Origin: Anaerolineales bacterium
GTDB lineage: Bacteria; Chloroflexota; Anaerolineae; Anaerolineales; DRKV01
NCBI GenBank assembly: GCA_034429745.1
Contig: DAOUFY010000108.1
Span: 4,136-68,135, forward strand
Reading direction: 5' to 3'
Length of the DNA: 64,000 nt
A model generated the notes under the pieces. It was not told the DNA's origin and did no database searches. It saw only the letters and a program-made list of their open reading frames with translations. Positions 25,493 through 36,007 of the stretch are shown here, one piece after another. Positions within the stretch are counted from its first letter, which is position 1. Each line of letters starts with the position of its first letter. The position numbers and the translations under genes are program-made.

Positions 25493-26554
25493 GTGGCACA
25501 GGAAAACAACAGCATAGAGAATGATATTCAACTGCCGCGTTTTTTAGCGGCTTGTCGGCGTCAGGCAGTAGATGCAACGCCAGTTTGGTTTATGCGTCAA
25601 GCCGGCCGATATATGCAGGAATATCAGGCTATACGCGCCAAAGCCAGCTTGCTTAAGATCTGCCAAACACCTGAATTGGCAGTAGAAGTTACTCTTCAAC
25701 CGCTGCGAGTATTAGGGGTAGATGCAGCTATTCTGTTTGCGGATATTCTCTTGCCGGCGATCCCGCTGGGCGTGGGTGTTTCTTTTGTCGAAGGTAAGGG
25801 CCCGATCATTCATCGCCCAATTCGCAGTATAAAAGATGTGCAAGCATTGAAACCATTTGATCCAAACGAAGAATTAAGCTATGTGTATGAAACTATTCGC
25901 TTGCTGCGCGCTGAACTGAAAGGAATACCATTGATCGGGTTCTGTGGAGCGCCTTTTACTTTTGCGGCGTATCTCATTGAAGGCGGGACTTCGCGCAATT
26001 TTATTCTGACAAAAACAATGATGTATGCTGCCCCGGAAACATGGTTTGCTCTATTGGAGGGGCTTACAGATGTGTTGATTGAATACTTGACGGCACAAAT
26101 TCGAGCAGGTGCGCAGGCGGTGCAGGTCTTTGATTCATGGGTAGGGATGCTTTCGCCGGATGATTATCGCAATTTTGTTCAACCATTTTCGGCGCGTTTG
26201 TTGAAAGCCGTAGAAAGGGAAGGAGTGCCGGTAATTCACTTTGGCACTCAAACCAACACCTTGTTGAAGCTGATGAAAGCAGCCGGCGGTACGGTGTTGG
26301 GCTTGGACTGGCGGATTCCCTTGGATGAGGGGTGGCAATTGCTGGGTGATGACGTAGCGGTGCAGGGAAATCTCGACCCGGTTGTGTTGTTTGCACCGCT
26401 CAAGGAGATAAAGAAACGGGTGGAGGATGTACTGCGGCGGGCAAATGGGCGCAAGGGGCATATTTTTAACCTTGGACATGGCATTTTACCGCATACTCCT
26501 GTAGATCATGTAAAAGCAGTAGTGGAGATGGTGCATGAATTTCGCAATGAGTGA
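25493..26554 (+). CDS. hemE: Uroporphyrinogen decarboxylase
   Basis: PVWFMRQAGRYM, AILFADIL and NLGHGI. GTG start preceded by AAGGAG. Confidence 0.92.
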   Translation: MAQENNSIENDIQLPRFLAACRRQAVDATPVWFMRQAGRYMQEYQAIRAKASLLKICQTPELAVEVTLQPLRVLGVDAAILFADILLPAIPLGVGVSFVEGKGPIIHRPIRSIKDVQALKPFDPNEELSYVYETIRLLRAELKGIPLIGFCGAPFTFAAYLIEGGTSRNFILTKTMMYAAPETWFALLEGLTDVLIEYLTAQIRAGAQAVQVFDSWVGMLSPDDYRNFVQPFSARLLKAVEREGVPVIHFGTQTNTLLKLMKAAGGTVLGLDWRIPLDEGWQLLGDDVAVQGNLDPVVLFAPLKEIKKRVEDVLRRANGRKGHIFNLGHGILPHTPVDHVKAVVEMVHEFRNE

Positions 26555-26927
26555 ATGGAATATGGTGGGCATCGCTGCTGCATTTGCAACTTTGGCAGGC
26601 ATTTGGTTTGGGCATGTCGCTGTGCGCTGGATTGAGTTCCGCACAGCCAACCTCAAACTGCCTGTATTTTTGGCGGTGCTATTGGGATTGTGTTTGGAGA
26701 TCGCCTCGCTTGCTGCTTCAGCCCGTTGGCTTTCGGCTGGCTTAGGCATTTTGGGAGTTACCTTTTTATGGGACGCTGTTGAACTGTTCCGTCAGGAGAA
26801 GCGCGTAAAGCGCGGGCACGCGCCGGCAAATCCCCATAACCCGCGTCATCAGCGCATATTGGCAGAATACCCCACGGCGACTGTTGAAGACCCTTTTCAA
26901 CGATTGGAAAGAGATAAAAATGAGTAA
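26535..26927 (+). CDS. Small 3-TM membrane protein, paralogue A
   Basis: 130 aa, overlapping the hemE end. In-frame alternative starts lie at 26547 and 26562. It shares the motif W..xELxxQExRxK and its TM topology with the next ORF. Confidence 0.5.
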   Translation: MNFAMSEWNMVGIAAAFATLAGIWFGHVAVRWIEFRTANLKLPVFLAVLLGLCLEIASLAASARWLSAGLGILGVTFLWDAVELFRQEKRVKRGHAPANPHNPRHQRILAEYPTATVEDPFQRLERDKNE

Positions 26928-26940
26928 ATTCTCTTGAAGC

Positions 26941-27282
26941 ATGAAAATGGCTGAAAAATTTGCCGTATTGGATTTTTTTGGAATAGTTGTAGGCATGATC
27001 ACATTATTGATCATCGGCTTAGGTTTTGTTTGGGTTATTTATGGTGAGCGTTATTTTGGGGCTGCTTGGTCGGGTGTGGTGCTGGGGTTAGGAATGGTGA
27101 TCATTCTCCTTTCTGGTCTGATTCAAAATGATTGGATTGCGGCGGTAGTCGGTATATGGGGGGCTTCGTTGGTTTGGGGCAGTACAGAACTTAAAGCTCA
27201 AGAACGACGGGCAAAATTGGGGTGGTTCCCAAACCGTGAAAAGAAGATATCGTTTCCTTTTGCGCACACCCGCAGGAGTTAA
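26941..27282 (+). CDS. Small 3-TM membrane protein, paralogue B
   Basis: 113 aa. It aligns with the preceding ORF across the TM segments, and LVWGSTELKAQERRAKLGWFP matches FLWDAVELFRQEKRVKRGHAP. Confidence 0.5.
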   Translation: MKMAEKFAVLDFFGIVVGMITLLIIGLGFVWVIYGERYFGAAWSGVVLGLGMVIILLSGLIQNDWIAAVVGIWGASLVWGSTELKAQERRAKLGWFPNREKKISFPFAHTRRS

Positions 27283-27303
27283 TCCTCCAATAAGGATAAG
27301 CTG

Positions 27304-28800
27304 ATGGAGATTTACCGCGAGACGAACGGGAAATATAATCATCCGCAGCAAGCTGCATTAGCGGTTGTTGGGGGGGGAATTGCAGGTTTGGCAGCAGCTT
27401 ATTATGCCATGCGTTACAGCCGAGAAAACCATCTGCCCTTGCGAGTGATGCTGTTTGAAGCGGAGGCAAGGTTTGGCGGAAAGATTGTTACAGAACGCGT
27501 GGCTCATGATGGCGGGCATTTTATCATTGAAGGCGGACCAGATACTTTTTTGGCGACGAAGCCGGGCGGCGTTGCGTTATGCAAAGATCTAAACTTGTCT
27601 GAGAGACTGCAAGGCACAAACCCCAATCAAAGAAATACGTACGTACTTCACAGAGGAAAGCTGCTGCCTTTGCCGGATGGGCTAGCCCTGATGATTCCGG
27701 CGGATATACCATCAGTGCTGCGCTCGCAGCTGCTGACATGGGGAGAGAAAATACGGATGGGGGCGGATTTTCTATTGCCGCCGCGAAACGGAAATGAGGA
27801 TGAAAGCTTGGGCGCATTTATCAGCCGCCGTTTGGGACGAGCTGCCTATGAAAATTTGATTGAACCACTAATGTCCGGCATTTATGCCGGGGATGGTGAT
27901 CAGCTTAGCTTAGCTGCAACTTTTCCTACCTTGCGCGATTTGGAAAGAAAGTACGGTTCTTTAGCGCGCGGCGCGTTGAAAATGCGCAAAGCTATGGGGA
28001 GCAACCAAAAGTCAGGCTGGCGTTCTTCTTTTTTAACCCCCTTGACAGGGCTTGGCGAAATTATAGAAACTTTGGTGCAGGAGCTTTCTCGCTTAGGTGC
28101 AGAGCTTTACCCAAGTTCTCGCGTTATTAGCATTGAACGGGGAAAAAGCACTGGCAGAGGCGGTTTTATCTTAACCGTTGAGCCTAACAAAGCATTTTCT
28201 GTGGATGGATTGATTTTGGCGGCTAATGCTTTTCAAAGCGGACAGCTGCTGAAAACGCTGAATGCTGAGCTAAGTGAGCTGCTGCAAAGTATTCCATACA
28301 CATCAACGGCGACGATCTCTTTAGCTTATCGGGCGGACGATTTGCCGCGCCCTTTAGATGGCTATGGGTATGTCATACCGCGTCGCGAGAAACGGCGGGC
28401 GCTTGCCTGCACATGGACAAGCACTAAATTTCCGCATCGCGCTCCGCCGGGTTATGTCCTGCTACGTGTGTTTGCCGGCAGAGCCGGTGAAGAAGCTGAG
28501 CTGCCAGATAGTGAAGACGCCTTGCTTGAGATCGCAAAAGAGGAACTGCGTTTATCTTTGAAGATCACCGCTGAGCCGCTGCTTCATAAGGTTTTTTATT
28601 GGGAAAAAGCTATGCCACAATATAATCTTGGACACTTGATGAAATTGCAGCGCATTGACGCGATCCTGCAAAGCGAATCAGCACTTGCCTTGGCTGGCAA
28701 TGGTTACCGCGGCATAGGCATTCCCGATTGCATTGTCTCAGGGGAACAGGCGGTAAATAGGGTGATGAGCAGTATAAAGGAGAAGGTTTATGAAGATTGA
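27304..28800 (+). CDS. hemY: Protoporphyrinogen/coproporphyrinogen III oxidase, HemY (CgoX) type, FAD-dependent
   Basis: Dinucleotide fold [14 protein letters not shown]. The length and the C-terminal motifs ([25 protein letters not shown]) are typical of HemY. Confidence 0.85.
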   Translation: MEIYRETNGKYNHPQQAALAVVGGGIAGLAAAYYAMRYSRENHLPLRVMLFEAEARFGGKIVTERVAHDGGHFIIEGGPDTFLATKPGGVALCKDLNLSERLQGTNPNQRNTYVLHRGKLLPLPDGLALMIPADIPSVLRSQLLTWGEKIRMGADFLLPPRNGNEDESLGAFISRRLGRAAYENLIEPLMSGIYAGDGDQLSLAATFPTLRDLERKYGSLARGALKMRKAMGSNQKSGWRSSFLTPLTGLGEIIETLVQELSRLGAELYPSSRVISIERGKSTGRGGFILTVEPNKAFSVDGLILAANAFQSGQLLKTLNAELSELLQSIPYTSTATISLAYRADDLPRPLDGYGYVIPRREKRRALACTWTSTKFPHRAPPGYVLLRVFAGRAGEEAELPDSEDALLEIAKEELRLSLKITAEPLLHKVFYWEKAMPQYNLGHLMKLQRIDAILQSESALALAGNGYRGIGIPDCIVSGEQAVNRVMSSIKEKVYED

Positions 28801-30076
28801 GCGATCGGAACAGTATTATAAAAAAGCACAAACGTTATTTCCGGGCGGTGTGAATTCACCGGTGCGCGCCTTTCGTGCCGTAGGTGGACAGCCGCTGTTC
28901 ATAGAACGCGGTACAGGAGTGCATCTCTATGATGTGGATGGAAATCGTTATATTGATTATGTGCTTTCGTGGGGTCCGCTTATCGCCGGACATGCTCACC
29001 CGGCAGTTGTAGAGGCATTGGTGCAAGCTGCAGCAAAAGGCACTTCTTATGGAGCACCCTGCCCATTGGAGGTTGAGCTTGCATTAAAAATCCAATCTTT
29101 TATGCCTAACCTTGAAATGCTGCGCTTTGTCAATTCGGGCACTGAAGCGACGATGTCGGCATTGCGGTTGGCGCGGGCTTATACCGGACGCGATAAAATC
29201 ATCAAGTTTGAGGGCTGCTATCATGGTCATGCGGATATGCTGTTGGTGCAAGCAGGATCTGGGGTGGCTACACTAGGCCTGCCGGATTCACCTGGTGTTC
29301 CTCATGATATAACCAAGAATACGTTGGTTGCTAGGTATAATGACTTGGAATCGGTGCAGGTGCTGTTTGAGGCTTATCCGCATCAAGTTGCGGCAGTAAT
29401 TGTTGAGCCGGTAGCTGGAAATATGGGCGTTGTGCCGCCGCTCTCGGACTTTTTAGACGGGCTGCAGCAGCTTGCCCATCAATATGAGGCGTTGTTGATC
29501 TTTGATGAGGTAATGACAGGCTTTCGGGTTCATCCAGGGGGAGCGCAAGCTTTGTATGGAGTTCAACCTGACTTAACCACTTTAGGCAAAGTAATTGGAG
29601 GCGGGCTGCCCGTAGGCGCTTATGGCGGGAAACGCGAGATTATGGAACTTGTAGCACCGGCTGGGGCGATGTATCAGGCCGGAACATTATCTGGTAATCC
29701 ATTGGCTATGAGTGCCGGCTTGGCAACATTAAGTCTGCTGGAAGAACGAGCAGTGTGGGATGAGATGGAGAAACGCGCTCAACAATTAGAAGAAGGTATT
29801 GCTTTAGCTGCCCAAAAAGCTGGAATTCCTATTCAGCAAACTCGAGTAGGCACAATGTTCACAACGTTTTTCATGGAAGCAGAGCCACGTGATTGGGCAA
29901 GTGTGAAAACAGCAAATCGGGAAAGGTACGCTGCCTATTTCCGCAACATGCTGGAGAATGGAGTGTATTTAGCACCCTCGCAGTTTGAAGCTGGATTTCT
30001 TTCAATCCTGCATGATGAGGAAGTGATAAATCAGACAATTGCTGCTGTGGAAAAAAGCTTCAAGGAACTTGCGTGA
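28790..30076 (+). CDS. hemL: Glutamate-1-semialdehyde 2,1-aminomutase
   Basis: [27 protein letters not shown] and TLGKVIGGG (PLP Lys). It overlaps the hemY end by 11 nt. Confidence 0.92.
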   Translation: MKIERSEQYYKKAQTLFPGGVNSPVRAFRAVGGQPLFIERGTGVHLYDVDGNRYIDYVLSWGPLIAGHAHPAVVEALVQAAAKGTSYGAPCPLEVELALKIQSFMPNLEMLRFVNSGTEATMSALRLARAYTGRDKIIKFEGCYHGHADMLLVQAGSGVATLGLPDSPGVPHDITKNTLVARYNDLESVQVLFEAYPHQVAAVIVEPVAGNMGVVPPLSDFLDGLQQLAHQYEALLIFDEVMTGFRVHPGGAQALYGVQPDLTTLGKVIGGGLPVGAYGGKREIMELVAPAGAMYQAGTLSGNPLAMSAGLATLSLLEERAVWDEMEKRAQQLEEGIALAAQKAGIPIQQTRVGTMFTTFFMEAEPRDWASVKTANRERYAAYFRNMLENGVYLAPSQFEAGFLSILHDEEVINQTIAAVEKSFKELA

Positions 30077-30280
30077 AAAGGCTATTGCCTCATCCCTTAC
30101 TTCTTTTTTCTGCTTGAACAGAGGAAAAAAGAGAGCGCAATGACGCAAACCTAATGAAAGAAGGTGGCGGAAGGGTTCATTTGAAAAAAGTTTCTGATAA
30201 AAAGGATAGATAATTTATCTTAATTGTTGTATAATTAATGTAATTTTTTAACTACATATTAAGAGGCAGGGGATTGCCTA

Positions 30281-33200
30281 ATGGATGATGATCAGAATAT
30301 TGCTTTTCATATTGTAGGTATTGGAGCCTCAGCAGGGGGATTAGAAGCGTTAGAGAAATTTTTCAGCCATGTACCCGAGAACAGCGACTTAGCGTTTGTT
30401 GTAGTACAGCACCTTTCGCCGGATTATAAAAGCTTAATGGGAGAGCTGCTTTCAAAATGGACTCCGCTTCCTATACATGTGGCACAGGATGGGATGGAAT
30501 TACAGCCCAACCATGTATATTTAATACCGCGCAATAAAAACCTCACGGTTTTTCATCAAAAATTGTTTTTAGCTGAACGCGATCAGGATCAGCTTAATTT
30601 GCCGATCGATATATTTCTTCAATCAATGGCTGAAGATTTAGGGGAAAAAGCGATCGCTGTCATCCTTTCTGGAACAGGCAGTGATGGAACGCGCGGCATT
30701 CGTTTTATTAAAGAACAAGGGGGAATGGTAATGGCGCAGGACCCGAAAACGGCAAAGTTTGACGGTATGCCCCGCAGTGCTATTTCAACTCAGCTCGTAG
30801 ATTATATTCTGCCTCCCGAGCAAATGCCGCGTGAAATATTGAATTATGTTCAGCACCCTTGTTTGACGGGGGATTCCTCTTTAAGGGTGGTATTGTCCGG
30901 CGATGAGGATACGCTTTCGAAAATTTTTGCACTTCTGCGCAGCCAAAGTGGGGTGGATTTTACATATTACAAGCAGAATACGATGGTACGCCGCATTGAA
31001 CGACGGATGAGTATCAATCAGATAAAAAAGATAGGAGATTATCTGCATTACTTATATGAAAACCCGATAGAATTGAACCTGTTGTTTAAGGAGTTGTTAA
31101 TCGGTGTTACTGGGTTTTTCCGAGATCCAGAAGCATTTGATGTGATCAGGAAAAGAGTATTGCCTCAAATTTTTGAAGGCAAGGATCGCGGTGATCAAAT
31201 TCGCGTTTGGGTGGCAGGCTGCTCTACGGGAGAAGAAGCATATTCGCTGGCGATTCTGCTGAGTGATTATATGGAAAAGACCGCGAAATTCCTTGATGTG
31301 AAAGTATTTGCTACCGATTTAGATAAAGATGCATTGGAACAAGCCGGCAAAGGAATATATTCAGAAAGCATTGTTGCAGATATACCAAAGGAATATTTTC
31401 ACAATTACTTTGTACGGCGCGGCGATAGCTATGAAATATTGCGCCGGGTACGCGAGATGGTGATTTTTGCTCAGCAAAATATCATTGATGACCCGCCTTT
31501 TTCAAAGATTGACTTAATTTCCTGCCGAAATGTGCTGATTTATTTGCAGCCTGTGCTCCAAAAGAAAGTGCTTGATGCGTTTCAGTTCTCGCTTAATCCA
31601 GGAGGTTTTCTGTTTTTGGGAACAAGTGAAACCGTTGGGGATATGGGGGACTTTTTTACGAGTTTTGATAATAAATGGAAGATATATCAATATAAAGGTG
31701 GTTTGCGCGGGCATTTGAACGGCAGTGTTATTGCACGTACGATGGGGGACTATCCTTCGACGCGCTTAGCGCCGTACCGCCGCGGCCGTTTTGGTGATGG
31801 AAAACTAGTCGGCGAGGATATGTATCGCTACCTCATTGAGATGTTTTTACCTCCTACTGTTATTATTGATGAGCAAAGGCAGCTATTGCATGCTTTTGGC
31901 AATGTGGATCAATTTTTGCAGGTACCTTCAGGTGGACGAGTAAGTTTGGATTTGTTAAAGATGGTTCGCGAGGGCTTATCTATTCCTTTAAGCACAGCTA
32001 TCCATAAAGTGCTTAAAGACGATCAAGAAGATATTTTGTATAAAAATGTTGCCTTAAGTGAAAAACTGGTCTCTTCCTCTGGGGAAGAGGAAACAGAGGT
32101 AACGTGGATTGATATTTTTGTGAAACCTCTACGCGACCCCGTAACGAAGCAAAAGCAAATTCTTGTTCAGTTTCGCAAAGCACAAACTCAGGAGGAATTA
32201 TCAAAACACGTCGAAACTTTTGATGCAGATGTGAACGCGCTGCAGCGGATTGCTGATCTGGAGCAGGAATTGCAGTTCACCCGCGAATCGCTTCAGGCTA
32301 CTGTTGAGGAATTGGAAACTTCCAATGAGGAGCTGCAAGCGACTAATGAGGAATTGTTGGCTGCGAATGAGGAACTGCAGAGCACCAATGAAGAGCTGCA
32401 ATCCGTCAACGAAGAATTGGTTACTGTGAATGCAGAATATCAAGCGAAGATCCAGGAATTGATGGACTTAAACGCTGATCTAAATAACCTGTTCAGCAGT
32501 ACAGATGTTGGCACCATCTTCCTTGATCGCTTCCTGCGTATTCGTCGTTTTACTCCGGCAGTGCAGCATGAGATTCATCTACTGGAGCAGGATATTGGCC
32601 GCCCGTTGGCACATATTTCGCATAACTTCGTTGGCATTGATCTTGCTTACGAGGCTCAAAGTGTTATTAAGAGTTTATCCGTGAGAGAGATTGAGGTGCA
32701 GAGTGTTCAAAAGCGCTGGTACCTTATAAAATTCCACCCCTACTATACGCTGGATAGGAGACCGGATGGAGTGGTAATTTCACTGGTGGATATCACTGAT
32801 CTAAAGGCTAGCGACGAGCAGGCTATGATGCTTTCTGCTGCGCTTGAACAAAGCCCCTTGTTGAAATTATTAATTAAATTAGATGGCAAGATCATGTATA
32901 TTAACCCGCGAGTGAGAGAAATAACCTCTTATGTGCCAAAAGAAGTACTTGGGTTGTCATGGGAAGAATTTTTGCTCAACCGGTTGAAGGTGAAAGCGGA
33001 TGAACAGAATGCTCATGCCTTATTACAAGAAATTCAAAAAGCTTTTATAAGTGGTGGAATTTGGAAAGGAGATTTATTATACACCAACAAACAGGGGCAG
33101 CAATTTTGGGGTTATTCAATTTTCAGCACCATTTACGGAAAAGAAAGGCAGCCACTGTGTTACTTATGGATGATTGAGGATATCACCGATCGTAAAAAAG

Positions 33201-33979
33201 TGGAAGAGGAATTGCAGCAATCGGAAGCGAAATATGCCAAGCTGTTTTCAGAGATGACGCAAGGTGTGGTGTACCAAGATCAGGATGGGAAGATCATCTC
33301 TTTCAATCCGGCTGCGTTGGAGATTCTGGGATTATCTGAAGATGAGATATTGGGGCGCACCTCGTATGATCCGCGTTGGCAAGCGACTCATGAAGATGGC
33401 TCTGACTTTCCTGGCGATGAGCATCCGGCGATGATTGCCTTACAAAGCGGTAAAGATATCCGCGATATTGTGATGGGTGTTTTCAATCCCAAGGATAATC
33501 AGCATCATTGGATTTATGTCAGTTCTATGCCGCAATTCCGCCCAGGTGAAGATCGTCCATATCAAGTGATTTCCACTTTCACAGATGTAACGGCGTTATT
33601 TAAGGCGCAGAAGTCATTGAAAGAATTGAAAGAGCAACTGCTGGCGGTATTGGATACTTTTGAACTTCCCTTATGGATTGTAAATGACGAAGGGCAGATA
33701 CAAATATGCAATAAGAGCGCTTGCAGGACGTTTTTTGCTGGTCAGCAAGAGAGAGATATAGCAAACTGCATTGCATTCAATAAGTCAATAATCGAGTTGA
33801 TTCCAGCCGAAGGGCGTGAGGCATTTAACCGCTGTTTGCAGCAAGCATTACGGGGCGAGCCTTCTCAGTTATTGTTGCAAGGTCAAGGAATATCGTTGTT
33901 GTTTAAGCCTTTAATAACTTTTCAGGCTGCTGAGGCAAGCAGTGTGTTGATTGTAGGACAGGAACAGGGAAAAGAGTAA
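30281..33979 (+). CDS. CheB-like methylesterase / CheR-like methyltransferase fusion with a coiled coil and multiple PAS domains
   Basis: CheB_methylest motif ([13 protein letters not shown]), CheR SAM-binding motif ([28 protein letters not shown]), an EEL heptad coiled coil, then at least three PAS/PAC-like modules. There is no kinase core. Confidence 0.9.
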   Translation: MDDDQNIAFHIVGIGASAGGLEALEKFFSHVPENSDLAFVVVQHLSPDYKSLMGELLSKWTPLPIHVAQDGMELQPNHVYLIPRNKNLTVFHQKLFLAERDQDQLNLPIDIFLQSMAEDLGEKAIAVILSGTGSDGTRGIRFIKEQGGMVMAQDPKTAKFDGMPRSAISTQLVDYILPPEQMPREILNYVQHPCLTGDSSLRVVLSGDEDTLSKIFALLRSQSGVDFTYYKQNTMVRRIERRMSINQIKKIGDYLHYLYENPIELNLLFKELLIGVTGFFRDPEAFDVIRKRVLPQIFEGKDRGDQIRVWVAGCSTGEEAYSLAILLSDYMEKTAKFLDVKVFATDLDKDALEQAGKGIYSESIVADIPKEYFHNYFVRRGDSYEILRRVREMVIFAQQNIIDDPPFSKIDLISCRNVLIYLQPVLQKKVLDAFQFSLNPGGFLFLGTSETVGDMGDFFTSFDNKWKIYQYKGGLRGHLNGSVIARTMGDYPSTRLAPYRRGRFGDGKLVGEDMYRYLIEMFLPPTVIIDEQRQLLHAFGNVDQFLQVPSGGRVSLDLLKMVREGLSIPLSTAIHKVLKDDQEDILYKNVALSEKLVSSSGEEETEVTWIDIFVKPLRDPVTKQKQILVQFRKAQTQEELSKHVETFDADVNALQRIADLEQELQFTRESLQATVEELETSNEELQATNEELLAANEELQSTNEELQSVNEELVTVNAEYQAKIQELMDLNADLNNLFSSTDVGTIFLDRFLRIRRFTPAVQHEIHLLEQDIGRPLAHISHNFVGIDLAYEAQSVIKSLSVREIEVQSVQKRWYLIKFHPYYTLDRRPDGVVISLVDITDLKASDEQAMMLSAALEQSPLLKLLIKLDGKIMYINPRVREITSYVPKEVLGLSWEEFLLNRLKVKADEQNAHALLQEIQKAFISGGIWKGDLLYTNKQGQQFWGYSIFSTIYGKERQPLCYLWMIEDITDRKKVEEELQQSEAKYAKLFSEMTQGVVYQDQDGKIISFNPAALEILGLSEDEILGRTSYDPRWQATHEDGSDFPGDEHPAMIALQSGKDIRDIVMGVFNPKDNQHHWIYVSSMPQFRPGEDRPYQVISTFTDVTALFKAQKSLKELKEQLLAVLDTFELPLWIVNDEGQIQICNKSACRTFFAGQQERDIANCIAFNKSIIELIPAEGREAFNRCLQQALRGEPSQLLLQGQGISLLFKPLITFQAAEASSVLIVGQEQGKE
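32303..32446 (+). repeat. In-frame 21-bp periodic repeat encoding the heptad series xEELxxx
   Basis: Translates as [48 protein letters not shown]. The DNA shows imperfect AATGAGGA(A/G)(C/T)TG... units every 21 bp. Confidence 0.75.
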
Positions 33980-34009
33980 TACAGGAAAACGTGTGTTAAG
34001 GAGAATGAA

Positions 34010-35839
34010 ATGGAGAGGGAAGGCAATTTGGATGATTTGAATGAATTGCGCCAACTGGCTGAACGCAAGGTCAAATCCGAAATTGACGTAAAAGGTGTAG
34101 AGACCATCGAGGATGCGCGCGTATTGCTGCATGAATTGCAGATTCATCAAATAGAACTGGAGATGCAAAATGAAGAATTGCGCACCACACGGCAGATGTT
34201 GGAGGAAGAACGCAACAAATACGCGGATTTGTATGATTTTGCACCGATAAGCTATTTTACTTTAAACCCAGAGGGGATTATTCTCGAGATAAATTTAAAT
34301 GGTTCGATGTTGTTGGGCAGGGAACGCAGGTATCTCATCTCAAAACCTTTCGTGTCTTATTTGGCGAACGAATCTCATCAAGTGTTTTTCCAAGCTTTGC
34401 ACAATGCAGCAGCAACAAATGAACCTCAAACATGTGAAGTGATCCTACGTGAAGCTTCTTCTCAATACCCAACATCGAAGCCATCGTTGGGTGAGAAAGT
34501 ATTTTTGCAATTGAAAATTTCTCCATACTTTAGTAAGGAAGCAGAAAGATTTGCGTTGCGCTGTGCTGCAACAGATATCAGCTTGCTAAAGCAGGCTCAA
34601 ATAAAAGTGGAATATGAATCCCGCGTTAATGAAGCCTTGGCAAAGTTGGCAGGAGGAATACTGGTCTCAGATTCTATCAATACTCTAGCTGATGAGGTGC
34701 TCAAAATAGCCCTCAGTCTAACGGACAGCTGCTATGGATTTGTAAGTTACATTGACCAAGAAAAAGGAGTGATGATCGCACCAACTTTAACCAAAGAAAT
34801 ATGGGCTACCTGCAATATACCCCAAAAACAATTTGTATTTGATAAATATGGTGGGCTATGGGGATGGGTAGCAAAGAACAAAGCACCTTTGTTAACTAAT
34901 CAACCGGCCGCCGATCCGCGTTCTGGGGGTGTGCCGGATGGCCATGTTCCCATTCATCGCTTTCTGGGGGTGCCGGTTGTGGCAGGTGATCAATTGTTAG
35001 GCATCATCGCCGTTGCCAATGCTAATCGGGAGTATCAAGTTCAAGATCAGGATACGTTAGGTAGAGTGGCGGATCTATATGCTGTTGCTATACAGCAGTT
35101 CCGTGCGGCTGACTTGTTGAAAAAGCGCACGCAAGAACTTATCCGCTCTAATCAAGAATTGGAAGAATTTGCTTATGTAGCTTCTCATGATTTGCAGGAG
35201 CCCCTGCGGAAAATACGCAGTTTCACCGAATTGCTGCAGAAGCAGCTATACGTTAATATAGATGAGCGTTCGCGTAAGTATATGGATTATGTTGTGGATG
35301 CTGCTCAGAGAATGCAATTGTTGATCAACGACCTGCTGGAGTACTCTCGTTTAGGAAGACTCGAAATAACCTATAAATCGGTGGATATGGAAGCCTTGTT
35401 TAACAAATTGATTTCAGACCTATCACATTTGATTGAGGAAAGCGGCGCAGTCATTACCCATGATCCGTTGCCGCAGATAAAAGCCAACCCGATACAGATG
35501 GAACGTTTGCTGCAAAATTTACTGACGAATGCCTTAAAGTTCCGTACAAGTGAACCGCCGCGGATTTACGTTACAGCCCATCAACAACAGGTTGAGGCAG
35601 CGCAAGGTGATGTCAATGAATGGGTATTTTCTGTCAAAGATAACGGAATTGGCATTCATCCGGATTATCATGAGCGGATCTTTCAACTCTTTCAACGATT
35701 GCATTCGCGGGAGGAATACTCGGGCAGCGGAATGGGGCTGGCAATTTGCAAAAAAATTGTTGAAAAACATGGGGGAAAGATTTGGGTTGAATCGCAAGAG
35801 GGTAAGGGGTCAACCTTTTACTTTACTATTCCCGCCTAA
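34010..35839 (+). CDS. PAS-GAF sensor histidine kinase, cytoplasmic
   Basis: N-terminal coil LHELQIHQIELEMQNEELRTT, a PAS module, a GAF-like module, an H-box (YVASHDLQEPLRKI), and HATPase boxes (LLTNALKF, DNGIGI, GSGMGLA). It starts 30 nt after the CheB/CheR gene. Confidence 0.9.
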   Translation: MEREGNLDDLNELRQLAERKVKSEIDVKGVETIEDARVLLHELQIHQIELEMQNEELRTTRQMLEEERNKYADLYDFAPISYFTLNPEGIILEINLNGSMLLGRERRYLISKPFVSYLANESHQVFFQALHNAAATNEPQTCEVILREASSQYPTSKPSLGEKVFLQLKISPYFSKEAERFALRCAATDISLLKQAQIKVEYESRVNEALAKLAGGILVSDSINTLADEVLKIALSLTDSCYGFVSYIDQEKGVMIAPTLTKEIWATCNIPQKQFVFDKYGGLWGWVAKNKAPLLTNQPAADPRSGGVPDGHVPIHRFLGVPVVAGDQLLGIIAVANANREYQVQDQDTLGRVADLYAVAIQQFRAADLLKKRTQELIRSNQELEEFAYVASHDLQEPLRKIRSFTELLQKQLYVNIDERSRKYMDYVVDAAQRMQLLINDLLEYSRLGRLEITYKSVDMEALFNKLISDLSHLIEESGAVITHDPLPQIKANPIQMERLLQNLLTNALKFRTSEPPRIYVTAHQQQVEAAQGDVNEWVFSVKDNGIGIHPDYHERIFQLFQRLHSREEYSGSGMGLAICKKIVEKHGGKIWVESQEGKGSTFYFTIPA

Positions 35840-36007
35840 TGATCTATAAATAAGACTTATCGTACTTTTTAACAAATTCTTATCTTAGCCTTCTGAAAAT
35901 TGAGTTAAAATCGGGTGTATGGCAATCCACTTCTAATCAATCTGGAGTATAGCAGTAGAGGTGGTGAAGCCGGATATATTTTTGATTAAAGGGGTAAACT
36001 GTTTACT

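Noticed and set aside
26551-26745. 64-aa alternative-frame ORF overlapping small membrane protein A
   Set aside because: It lies in a different frame of the same strand. The 26535 frame gives a coherent 3-TM protein with a paralogue next door, whereas this frame has no support.
32303-32446. 21-bp periodic repeat considered as a CRISPR array or VNTR
   Set aside because: The units are contiguous with no spacers, lie in-frame within a long ORF, and simply encode a heptad coiled coil. I kept them as a coding repeat, not a CRISPR array.
35550-35849. 99-aa + strand ORF overlapping the 3' end of the PAS-GAF kinase
   Set aside because: It is an alternative frame within the HATPase-coding region. 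The kinase frame carries the N, G1 and G2 boxes.
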